A stretch of DNA of 44,333 nucleotides from a bacterium (GCA_025774115.1 JALGWN010000001.1:1-44333); one strand, 5' to 3'. Positions 33,777 through 42,039 are shown, counted from the first letter of the stretch. Translations and numbers: made by a program. The notes: a model not told the origin generated them from the letters alone.

Positions 33777-34436
33777 TCAGGGAATGATCTCAACCAGGCT
33801 TTCGTTCTCAAGCCCGGCAGCGTTAGCATCGTCTGTATCAACATGGAAGTCAAGCGCAAATCTATCGCTTACCCTAACAAGTACGTTATCAAACACAAGG
33901 CCTCTTTCGCCGGTGACCCGGACCCTGACGATCTGACCGTCCCGGAGACCGAAGCGCTCTGCATCCCCGGGCGTCATGTGGATGTGACGCGTTGCACCGA
34001 CAGCACCTTCCCTGAGGTTCACGGTCCCCCGGGAGCCCACAACCGTAAGTCCGGGGGTTCCCGAGAGGTCACCGGTTCGTCGGATCGGAAGGTCGATTCC
34101 CAGCCTTAGACCATCACTTCGTGAGAGCTCGACCTGGGTGAATTTGCGGGTTGGCCCCAGAATGCGGACGTTCTCAATGGCCCTGCCGCTCGGGCCGATT
34201 ATGGTGACACGCTCCTTGGCCGCGAACTCTCCGGGCTGGCTGAGCTTCTTGTCGACCGTAAGCTGGTATCCCTTGCCGAAGAGGCTTTCGAGCACTTCCG
34301 GGGTGAGGTGAATGTGGCGGCCGGAGATGCCCACCGGTATCAGGCTCTTGCCACGAGGAGAGGTCTGGGTCAGGCGGTCCCGTACCCTTCTTGTTACCTC
34401 CTCGCTGATCCTTCCGATGTCCAGGCTCTCAGTCAA
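33777..34436 (-). CDS. pduL: Phosphate acyltransferase PduL (PTAC) with an N-terminal encapsulation-peptide-like helix
   Basis: 219 aa with two PduL repeats (GISGRHIHLTPEVLESLFG... and GATRHIHMTPGDAERFGL...). TTG start with GGAGGG 7 nt upstream. The N-terminal segment is DIGRISEEVTRRVRDRL. Confidence 0.9.
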   Translation of the reverse strand: MTESLDIGRISEEVTRRVRDRLTQTSPRGKSLIPVGISGRHIHLTPEVLESLFGKGYQLTVDKKLSQPGEFAAKERVTIIGPSGRAIENVRILGPTRKFTQVELSRSDGLRLGIDLPIRRTGDLSGTPGLTVVGSRGTVNLREGAVGATRHIHMTPGDAERFGLRDGQIVRVRVTGERGLVFDNVLVRVSDRFALDFHVDTDDANAAGLENESLVEIIP

Positions 34437-34523
34437 CGACGGCCCTCCGGATTTGTGGGAGCGTGCATGCCTACACTTACCCGATCCGATTCACCGGAGC
34501 GTAACAGAAGAGAGGGCCGAGTG

Positions 34524-34763
34524 TCAATCCGAATGCGGCGAGCTCACGCCTCTTACCATATCCACAATCTCAGGTGTACTTATGAAGCCTCCCCGCTCCT
34601 TCTTCGAGAATATGACATCCCCGTCCACGGCGACCTCGAACACCCCGTGGTCTCCCTCAATGAGGTCGGCCGTGATACCCAGGTTGTTTTCCAGAGCTGC
34701 CGCCACCCGGGCAGCGCGTACGTAGTAGTCTCAAGGTGCACAATAGGTGATCGTGACTCTCAT
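34524..34763 (-). CDS. SelW/SelT/Rdx-family selenoprotein with CxxU motif (in-frame TGA at 34731..34733 read as selenocysteine)
   Basis: The ORF track shows only the 60-aa part after the TGA. Hand translation from ATG 34763 gives MRVTITYCAPU-DYYVRAARVAAALENNLGITADLIEGDHGVFEVAVDGDVIFSKKERGGFISTPEIVDMVRGVSSPHSD. GGAG lies 8 nt 5' of the ATG, and a hairpin follows the TGA. Confidence 0.75.
34696..34715 (-). promoter_or_regulatory. Candidate bacterial SECIS hairpin
   Basis: The mRNA reads UGA + 15 nt + GCUGCC-CGGGUGGC-GGCAGC. This is a 6-bp GC stem with a G-rich (GGGU) apical loop beginning 21 nt after the UGA, within the usual bSECIS distance range. Confidence 0.55.
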
Positions 34764-34880
34764 CCACATATCTCCTTAACGGGCCGGAAAAGCATGCATT
34801 CCGCGCTTGAGCCATTCGTGCAGTTGCTTTGCCTCAGGGGAATCATTCGTCAGCCTCTCTTCACAAACTCGACAGCACCC

Positions 34881-35402
34881 TCAGTCGGCCGCGAACACTT
34901 TCAGCCGGTCGACCAACATCGCACTTCCCGTGTAGCCCCCGGAAATCATGTAGACAGTGAGTGTACTGTCTGCCGGCCAGCGAATCGCACTCTCACAGGT
35001 GTAATGGGTCCATGTGGTATCGGTAGCTGTGAAACTGACGCTTTGAGAGAAAACCGCTCCGATATAGAGGCCCACCGATCCCCCGTAGAGCAGGTTCTTG
35101 CAGTAGCACTCCACAGACACAACCCTGCCCTTCCCCGGAGGGGAGAAGGTCAGTGATGCATGCGGGACCAGACAGCCGCCTGAAACGAAAAGCGACCTCT
35201 TGTCCCCGTGCGGAGCATGGTCGTCTCTGAGATCGTCGACCGTGATGCCCTGCCACCCGACAAGATCCTGCTCACTCTCAAAGGAGGTCCGGTAGACTGT
35301 GACCCCTCCCGACCCGTCACAATCAAGCGGGCCTTCGCAGGAAACGACAAGTAGCAAAAGCGGAAGCAACAAGAAACCGAAATCACTGTGCCTTAGACTC
35401 AT
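34881..35402 (-). CDS. Hypothetical lipoprotein (small Cys-containing beta-rich domain)
   Basis: 173 aa. Signal peptide with a lipobox, FLLLPLLLLVVSC. No motif I can assign. AGGAGG lies 5 nt upstream of the ATG. Confidence 0.6.
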   Translation of the reverse strand: MSLRHSDFGFLLLPLLLLVVSCEGPLDCDGSGGVTVYRTSFESEQDLVGWQGITVDDLRDDHAPHGDKRSLFVSGGCLVPHASLTFSPPGKGRVVSVECYCKNLLYGGSVGLYIGAVFSQSVSFTATDTTWTHYTCESAIRWPADSTLTVYMISGGYTGSAMLVDRLKVFAAD

Positions 35403-36219
35403 GCTTCCTCCTCCCGGGCACGGTCATTCCCGCCCGGATCAGAGCATTCATGCGCCGGCCGTTCAGCCGGATCGGGCTAGGGCGACACCGATCGGCGGCG
35501 GGCACATCGCTGCAACTCACCAGCCTACACAGTTTCAATACCCCAATTCCCAAGCCCTGTCAATATGGAATACTTGCGGTGTTGACAGATACATTGGTTT
35601 GGGCTAATTAGACACTGTAAGTCGTTGCTTCTTGTCAGGGTCTGACTCACGCCGGTGAGATGGGAGTGCTTCAAAGCCAATGAAAATCTTATCTGTTGCA
35701 GTCACGCTCTTCCTGATAAATAAGACCTTACAGGGATCTTACATGGCTCGGCAGACTGCGCCGGTGGTTTCCATATTGAGATGTCAGGCGGTTGGGGATG
35801 CGTGTGCCGCTTTGGCGGGGTATGCACAGAATCGGGAAAAAGAAAATGGAGTTCCCCACTGCAATGCCGTGCGCGAGGTATCCGTGAAACTCGAGGTTCA
35901 GTTTTCCCAGGAGATCAGCCCACGACCTGGCGAATCACGAACAAAGCAGGGAACTCCATTCGGCTTCTTCTCTATTCAGTTGTGCTTAACTGGTACTGCA
36001 ACCGACATGCCAGGAAGACCTCAACGCGAGGAAAAGTGGGGTTTTAAAGCTAAGTAGATTCGCCGAACCTGTAAGGGGCAATACTCAAAGCGGTTAGGGC
36101 GGCACTTCTTGAAGGTACGCAGAAGAAAGACACACGCGGCAGCAGGCCCGCCACGGTCCCGGCGGCCGGAAACACCCATAGTATTGGGCCATACCACCCA
36201 ACGCGGTGGGTGAATTCCC

Positions 36220-38052
36220 TCAGCGGCGCCGAGGGAATGCCATGCTACTATAGAATTCCTCCTTGAAGTCGGGCTTCGAGAAAAGCTCCACATGCTCGGC
36301 CTCTGATGCTACTCGTTCGGCCTCCCGGCGGGCCGCTCTCGATGCGAGGAATATCTTTGCCCCTTCGATCGCAGAATTCCCGATGATTTTGATTCTACCC
36401 TTGAATTCCGCAGGCACGAGGCCGATCCTCCGGATGTTGGAGCTGCGAAGAGCCGAGCCGAAGCTGCCGGCTATGAGAATCTGCCGGATGTCTCCGATAT
36501 CGACGCCCGCTGCACGGGCCAGACTTCCCATGCCCGCGCACATGGCCGCCTTGCCCAGCTGCACTTCCCTTATATCGCCTTGTCTCAATCTCACGGAGGG
36601 TTTGCGGCTCAGTATAAACTCCCGGCCCCTGTCTCCGGACACTACCCTGCCGGCCAGCAAGCGGGACCTTATCTCTTCCGGTGTCTTGATTCTTCCGCTC
36701 GGCTCAATCACTTTCGCCCGGAGGAGTTCTGCCACCGAGGCGATCAGGCCTGAGCCGCAAAGACCCGCCGGCCTGCCCCCACCTATGGTCTTGAGATTGA
36801 CTCCGTTACTGTCTATGCGCACATCCTCCACCGCCCCCGTGATGGCCCTTACCCCGTTGCTTATCCGTTCACCCTCGAAGGCCGGCCCGGCCGCCGTCGA
36901 ACAGACGACGAGCCGGCCGTCGGCAGCCAGCGCAATCTCGCCGTTGGTGCCGAGATCGATCGCCATAATGGGGACCTTACGCTTGTGCAGCGACTGGGAG
37001 ATTATCAGGGCCACCAAGTCTCCCCCAACAAAACCTCCAAGCGAAGGAGGCATGATCAGTCTGCAATCGCCATGAACATCGAGTCCGCTCCTCGAGGCGA
37101 GGGTCTCCACCGAGCTCATGAGCCGCGCACGATAGGGAGCCCGGCCCAGGTCGGCTGGGGACACGCCGACCAGAATGTGCTGCATCGCCGTGTTGCCCAC
37201 CGCACTGCACAGATATATGCGCCTGGGATCCACATCCATGGTTTTGGTGAGCTCCCGGCATAGGCCGTTAATAAGATGCACGATCTCACGTTGAAGCATG
37301 TCTACACCACCCGATACCTTGGCAAACCGTATCCGTGATATTACGTCGTCGCCGTGGATTATCTGAGGATTGATGGTCGAGGTCGTCCCCAATTCCTTCC
37401 CCGTGATGAGGTCAACCAGCGAGCAGACAACCGTATTCGTGCCCACATCCACGGCCAAGCCGTAGCATTCGGATGAGGTATCGCCGGCTTCGAAACCGAT
37501 GATGCCGTCATGCGCGGCCACAACCGTTGCATTCGTATGAAGGCCGAGTCGCCACTCATGGTCCATCCTGAGATCACGGTCCATCAGGTCCGCATCGGCC
37601 ATACGCAGGGCGATGTCATCTATCCCGATGTGGAAGCCCTCGGCAAGCTTACGCATACTGCGCGCATCTCGTACACCGAGGAAGACCTTGATGATGCCCG
37701 GATCGAACCTGTAGGACCGCGACGTGCGGCCGCGCGTTGTGATCTTCTGTATGGTGATCCGGGAGGTTTCCGGAATTGTGACCTCGGCATCGCCTTCAAG
37801 CCTCGCCATACATGCAAGCCTGGCGTGCTTTACCCCCTTGGGCAGTATGGCTTTCTCCTCCGGCTCGATGGCAGAGACCTTCCCTTTTACCTTCACGATA
37901 CACTTCCCACACCTTCCATGCCCTCCGCACGGCATGGACACCGGAATGGCCGCTGCGAAGAGCGCTTCCTTCACTGTGGAACCCGACACCACCCACACCT
38001 CTTTGGCGTCCGGCTCAAACAGCACCCGAACCGATTGCTTATTCACCATCAC
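36220..38052 (-). CDS. 2Fe-2S ferredoxin domain + ASKHA (DUF4445) protein, RACo-like reductive activase family
   Basis: 610 aa. The N-terminus has plant-type ferredoxin cysteines (PCGGHGRCGKCIV...RLACMA). A long ASKHA/actin-like ATPase region follows (AVDVGTNTVV..., AIDLGTNGEI...), as in corrinoid activation proteins. Confidence 0.82.
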   Translation of the reverse strand: MMVNKQSVRVLFEPDAKEVWVVSGSTVKEALFAAAIPVSMPCGGHGRCGKCIVKVKGKVSAIEPEEKAILPKGVKHARLACMARLEGDAEVTIPETSRITIQKITTRGRTSRSYRFDPGIIKVFLGVRDARSMRKLAEGFHIGIDDIALRMADADLMDRDLRMDHEWRLGLHTNATVVAAHDGIIGFEAGDTSSECYGLAVDVGTNTVVCSLVDLITGKELGTTSTINPQIIHGDDVISRIRFAKVSGGVDMLQREIVHLINGLCRELTKTMDVDPRRIYLCSAVGNTAMQHILVGVSPADLGRAPYRARLMSSVETLASRSGLDVHGDCRLIMPPSLGGFVGGDLVALIISQSLHKRKVPIMAIDLGTNGEIALAADGRLVVCSTAAGPAFEGERISNGVRAITGAVEDVRIDSNGVNLKTIGGGRPAGLCGSGLIASVAELLRAKVIEPSGRIKTPEEIRSRLLAGRVVSGDRGREFILSRKPSVRLRQGDIREVQLGKAAMCAGMGSLARAAGVDIGDIRQILIAGSFGSALRSSNIRRIGLVPAEFKGRIKIIGNSAIEGAKIFLASRAARREAERVASEAEHVELFSKPDFKEEFYSSMAFPRRR

Positions 38053-38104
38053 TCTCCGGTCATTGGCCCGGCACGTAAGGGGTCGGATCTTAGATCCGAC
38101 CCCT

Positions 38105-40078
38105 TTACCCGACTTTCACCAACCTGCATCTTACATCGTAGTAGGTTGCACTCTCACCCATATCACTCAATTCATCCGATGTCAATCGGTTGACGGATCC
38201 TCCGAGGCTGTCCCACCACCCTTCGTATATCAGCACGGTCTCGGGTCCAAGCGTGTCGGTGATGACTGCTCTACACGTCAACGACCCATGCAGCGATTCC
38301 ACAACCACCGTGTCCCCGTCGGCGAGGCCGTGCCGCTTTCCAACGGCGGCAGCCATACGGACCTCCGGCGGAGTGGGTTCTTCCGAGCCTGTAAGCTGCG
38401 AGTGGGTCCTTGCGTGGGGGTGTGATGAAATCAGGGTATAGGGGTAGGCCTGCCGGTCGTCTTCCGGTGGCCTTACGATGTCGGTCACGAATCGGAATCT
38501 GCCCGAAGGGGTGGGAAACGATCTCTCCTTAAAGGGCACATCCACAGCCCCGGGCGACCGGATGGGGCCTGCCATGATTTCATCTATGCTGACGCCCCGG
38601 GCGGCAAGCGGGGCGGCCAGCCGCTCAAGGTAGTAGTCCGGATCGGCGGGAAACTCCTGTCCCACACCGAGGGCGCGGGCCAGGAGCGAAAAGATCTCCA
38701 GATCGGTCTTCTCCTCTCCGAGCCTTGCCTGGGCCACATTTACAGGCATCACGAAATTATGCCAGTAGCTTCCCAGCATGTCGCGCTCCTGAAGGAAATG
38801 GGTGGTGGGAAGCACCACGTCGGCCAGGAGCGCCGTATCGGTCATGAACATATCCAGCACAACGACGAATTCGACACTCCGGAAGGCTTCACGCACCAGG
38901 TCGGTTGAAGGACATTGAGCTACCGGGTTGGAGCCCGAGACAACGGCCACCTTTATGGGCGGATCGGCAGCCTCCATGAGCCCCCTCCCTACCCGGGGCT
39001 TCCGGATGTATCGGCGCGCCCGGCCTCGCTCTCTGAGTAAAACCCGCTTGTCGAACCACCTGGTCTCGTCCATACCGTGGCTGACACCACCTCCGGGGAT
39101 ACCTATGTTCCCGGTAAGCGCACCCAGGGCATCGATAAGACGGTAGGTGTTCGCCCCGTTACGCCGCCTTTGTACGCCCCATCCCCCCAGGATGGCGGCC
39201 GGCTTTGTTGTACCGTACCGAAGCGCTAACTCTCTTATAGTGTTTGGACTTACGTTGGTCATCTCACCTATTGTATCAAGCGAAAATCTCCTTACCAGTT
39301 CCAGAAACCCCTCATACCCGTCCGTATGCCGGGTGAGGAAATCCATGTCGATGAGATTCTCATCCAGAAGTGCTCGCGCTATCCCAAGCGCGAGATACCC
39401 GTCGCTGCCCGGCCTGGGTTGGACATGCGCATCACAGAGACGTGCACTTGCAGTTGCTACAGGATCGATGAGCACTACAAAGACCCCCCGCCTCCGGGCC
39501 TCGTGAAGCAGTGGGACCAGGTGTACATTTGTCCAGGCCGGGTTTCTTCCCCATACTATTATCATCCGGGCGTTGGCAAGGTCCGCCGGATCGTGGCTTG
39601 TCCGCACGCCGAAGTCGGCGGTCTGCCCGGCTATCCCCGCACCCCCACACAGCGAGCCGCTCGTGAAGGTCCCTCCTCCCAGGAGATTGAAGAAGCGCTC
39701 ATTCACATGTTTGAGCGCAGCTATCGAACCCGCATCCTTGTAATAGAAGACCGATTGCGGGCCGAATTCCCGGACAGCTTTCTCGATCCGCGAGCCTACA
39801 AGCCCGGCGGCCTCCTCCCAGCTTGCCCGCTCCCAACCCGAGCCGCTTCGCCTCAGTGGATGGAGCACCCTCTGAGGGCTCAAGATCCGCTTCAGGAAGT
39901 TATGCGACTTCCGGCATAGAAACCCGCGGGTAATCTCGAAATCAGGATTTCCTCTTATGCCTGTGACCCTGCCGCCATCAACCGTTGCCACAATCGAGCA
40001 TGTATCGGGACAATCACAGGTGCATGAGGTTATTACGTGCTTCAAACCCACTGTGTTCTCCTCACCGAGCTTCTCCAA
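38105..40078 (-). CDS. Cytoplasmic molybdopterin (bis-MGD) oxidoreductase with N-terminal 4Fe-4S domain
   Basis: 657 aa with C-x3-C-x3-C...C (SCTCDCPDTCSI...GFLCRK), a GSLCGGAG candidate Mo-ligand region and a C-terminal MGD-binding barrel (GDTVVVESLHGSLTCRAVIT). I see no twin-arginine signal. Confidence 0.88.
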   Translation of the reverse strand: MEKLGEENTVGLKHVITSCTCDCPDTCSIVATVDGGRVTGIRGNPDFEITRGFLCRKSHNFLKRILSPQRVLHPLRRSGSGWERASWEEAAGLVGSRIEKAVREFGPQSVFYYKDAGSIAALKHVNERFFNLLGGGTFTSGSLCGGAGIAGQTADFGVRTSHDPADLANARMIIVWGRNPAWTNVHLVPLLHEARRRGVFVVLIDPVATASARLCDAHVQPRPGSDGYLALGIARALLDENLIDMDFLTRHTDGYEGFLELVRRFSLDTIGEMTNVSPNTIRELALRYGTTKPAAILGGWGVQRRRNGANTYRLIDALGALTGNIGIPGGGVSHGMDETRWFDKRVLLRERGRARRYIRKPRVGRGLMEAADPPIKVAVVSGSNPVAQCPSTDLVREAFRSVEFVVVLDMFMTDTALLADVVLPTTHFLQERDMLGSYWHNFVMPVNVAQARLGEEKTDLEIFSLLARALGVGQEFPADPDYYLERLAAPLAARGVSIDEIMAGPIRSPGAVDVPFKERSFPTPSGRFRFVTDIVRPPEDDRQAYPYTLISSHPHARTHSQLTGSEEPTPPEVRMAAAVGKRHGLADGDTVVVESLHGSLTCRAVITDTLGPETVLIYEGWWDSLGGSVNRLTSDELSDMGESATYYDVRCRLVKVG

Positions 40079-40187
40079 TCATCGACCATGCGAAATCGAC
40101 AGTCAAGCTCAAGCCTCGCACCCTAAGGTGCTCCGCGCCCGGCCGGTCTTGCTCCCCTTGCCACTCGGTTGCTGTTCATGTCGACAC

Positions 40188-40274
40188 TCGTCGTGACGGG
40201 AGTCGCGACGCTACGAGGCGGGAGGCTTCACTCCGCCCTCTCCCACGTAGCGTTGCCACTCCCGTGGCAACGAA
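40188..40274. repeat. REPIN-like inverted doublet (REP family 1)
   Basis: CTCGTCGTGACGGGAGTCGCGACGCTACG (40188..40215), a 30-nt spacer that contains its own imperfect hairpin, then CGTAGCGTTGCCACTCCCGTGGCAACGAA (40246..40274; perfect 9-bp stem). Confidence 0.8.
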
Positions 40275-40291
40275 TAGGTCTTGTGTCCCCT

Positions 40292-40317
40292 GTAGCGTCG
40301 GGGTTCCATCCCCGACG
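40292..40317. repeat. Third GTAG-headed hairpin unit (variant stem)
   Basis: GTAGCGTCGGGGTTCCATCCCCGACG has the same GTAGCG head as the other units. The stem GTCGGGG/CCCCGAC has a 6-nt loop. Confidence 0.6.
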
Positions 40318-40539
40318 GCCGTAAAGCAGCATCCGGATGTTCTTCAACAGTCCCTACATACCCTTACGAATCTGGTGGAAATCGCAATAGAGAAGTTGTA
40401 GGCTTTGCCCAACAATAGAAGGACGCAAGCACCCAGACTGCAATCCAAGGACTGAGAACGGGAATGGTCGGGAGAGAGCCTTGGCCGCCAACGAGCTCTT
40501 GAGCGCGGCCGTAACGCTCTCGGCAAGTCAGGGAGGACC

Positions 40540-42039
40540 ATGATGAGCAGGCGAAAAAGCGGAATCCTGATGCACATAACTTCCCTCGCCTCCCCATTCG
40601 GTATAGGGGATCTGGGGCCCGGGGCATACAGGTTCGCAGATTTCCTGGCCGCCTCCGGCCAGAGGCTCTGGCAGGTCCTGCCGCTCAGTCCGACCGACCC
40701 TATCGAAGGCAATTCACCCTATAGCAGCCCATCGGCCTTTGCGGGTAACCCCTTGCTCATAAGCCCTGAACACCTTATCCACGATGGTTTCTTATCCGAA
40801 GCCGATCTGGATTCGGTTCCGCCCTTTCCGACCGATCGTGTGGACTACCCGGCAGTCATTGCGTATAAGAGCAAGCTCGTAGACATTGCGTTCGAGAGAT
40901 TCTCTCAAGCCGGAGACCGGCAGGAATTCGAAGGCTTCTGTTTCAAGAACAGCCACTGGCTTGAGGACTTCGTGCTTTTCACGGCTCTTAAGGCCCACTT
41001 CTCAGGGCAGGTCTGGAGTGACTGGCAGGCCGAGACAAGAGACAGAAGTCCCGCTACGCTGGCCTCCATGAGGAGCCAGCTTGCCCGTGAACTTGAGCAA
41101 CACAGATTCACCCAGTTCCTCTTCTTCAGACAATGGCATGCTCTCAAAGCCTATTGTAACGAAAGAGGAATCGAGATCATAGGCGACATCCCGATCTATG
41201 TGAGTTATGACAGCGCCGACGTATGGGCGGACGCCCGGATTTTCAAGCTCGAGGATAACAAGAAACCCACCCATGTCGCGGGTGTGCCGCCGGACTACTT
41301 CAGCTCGACCGGACAGCTCTGGGGCAGTCCTGTCTACGATTGGGAGGTATGCAAAGAGAGTGGCTTCAAGTGGTGGCTTCGTCGCATGGATCATGTCCTG
41401 AGTCTTTATGATATTGTGAGGATCGATCATCTGCGGGGTCTCGTGGCCTATTGGGAGGTACCGGCCGGGCATAAGACCGCCGTCCATGGTGCCTGGATCG
41501 AAGCACCGGCCAGGGACTTCTTCGACGCAATGCTCAAGCACTTCCCCGACTTCCCGATTATCGCCGAGGACCTGGGGCACATAACTCCCGATGTCAGAGA
41601 GATAATGGATCATTATGGTTTCCCGGGAATGAAAGTGCTGCTCTTTGCCTTCGGCACCGACGAACCCGATCATCCGTATCTGCCTCATAACTACCAGCCC
41701 AACTTCGCCGTGTATACCGGAACCCATGACAACAATACCGCCCGGGGCTGGTTCGAGAACGTGGCGGCCCCTGCGGACAGGAAGCGTCTCAGCCGTTACG
41801 TGGGGCGCGAAGTCACTGCTGAGAGTGTGCACTGGGAGCTCCTGCGGCTTGCCATGGCTTCGGTAGCCCACACAACGATCACCCCTATGCAGGACATCCT
41901 GGGACTCGGTGATGAAGCGCGAATGAACAGGCCCGGCGAGCTCGGGGGCCATTGGGAGTGGCGCCTTGTTGCCGAGCAGCTGACGCCGGAACTGGCCACC
42001 GCCCTCCGCGATCTCCTGCAAACCTACGGCCGCATTTAG
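40540..42039 (+). CDS. malQ: 4-alpha-glucanotransferase (amylomaltase, GH77)
   Basis: 499 aa with SGILMHITSLASPFGIGDLG, WQVLPL, IGDIPIYV, RIDHLRGL and TGTHDN, the canonical GH77 blocks. Confidence 0.93.
   Translation: MMSRRKSGILMHITSLASPFGIGDLGPGAYRFADFLAASGQRLWQVLPLSPTDPIEGNSPYSSPSAFAGNPLLISPEHLIHDGFLSEADLDSVPPFPTDRVDYPAVIAYKSKLVDIAFERFSQAGDRQEFEGFCFKNSHWLEDFVLFTALKAHFSGQVWSDWQAETRDRSPATLASMRSQLARELEQHRFTQFLFFRQWHALKAYCNERGIEIIGDIPIYVSYDSADVWADARIFKLEDNKKPTHVAGVPPDYFSSTGQLWGSPVYDWEVCKESGFKWWLRRMDHVLSLYDIVRIDHLRGLVAYWEVPAGHKTAVHGAWIEAPARDFFDAMLKHFPDFPIIAEDLGHITPDVREIMDHYGFPGMKVLLFAFGTDEPDHPYLPHNYQPNFAVYTGTHDNNTARGWFENVAAPADRKRLSRYVGREVTAESVHWELLRLAMASVAHTTITPMQDILGLGDEARMNRPGELGGHWEWRLVAEQLTPELATALRDLLQTYGRI

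Noticed and set aside
35630-35720. Possible tRNA-Sec, given the nearby selenoprotein (CCGGTGAG and a CTTCAAA loop resembling E. coli selC).
   Set aside because: The bases flanking CTTCAAA cannot form an anticodon stem. No acceptor stem or T-arm (GGTTCGAnTCC) is present.
35830-35930. Cobalamin-riboswitch-like words (GGGAA..., CCCCACTGC, CCAGGAGATCAGCC).
   Set aside because: The GGTGAAA-type core is absent and the B12-box match is poor. No gene lies downstream on the plus strand for it to regulate. I treat it only as part of the unexplained structured region.
35680-36057. 125-aa plus-strand ORF in the AT-richer gap.
   Set aside because: I did not call it as a CDS. The Shine-Dalgarno sequence is weak, codon usage differs from all neighbouring genes, there is no motif, and it overlaps the long-range RNA-like stems. 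It is kept as an open possibility in the finding for 35403..36219.
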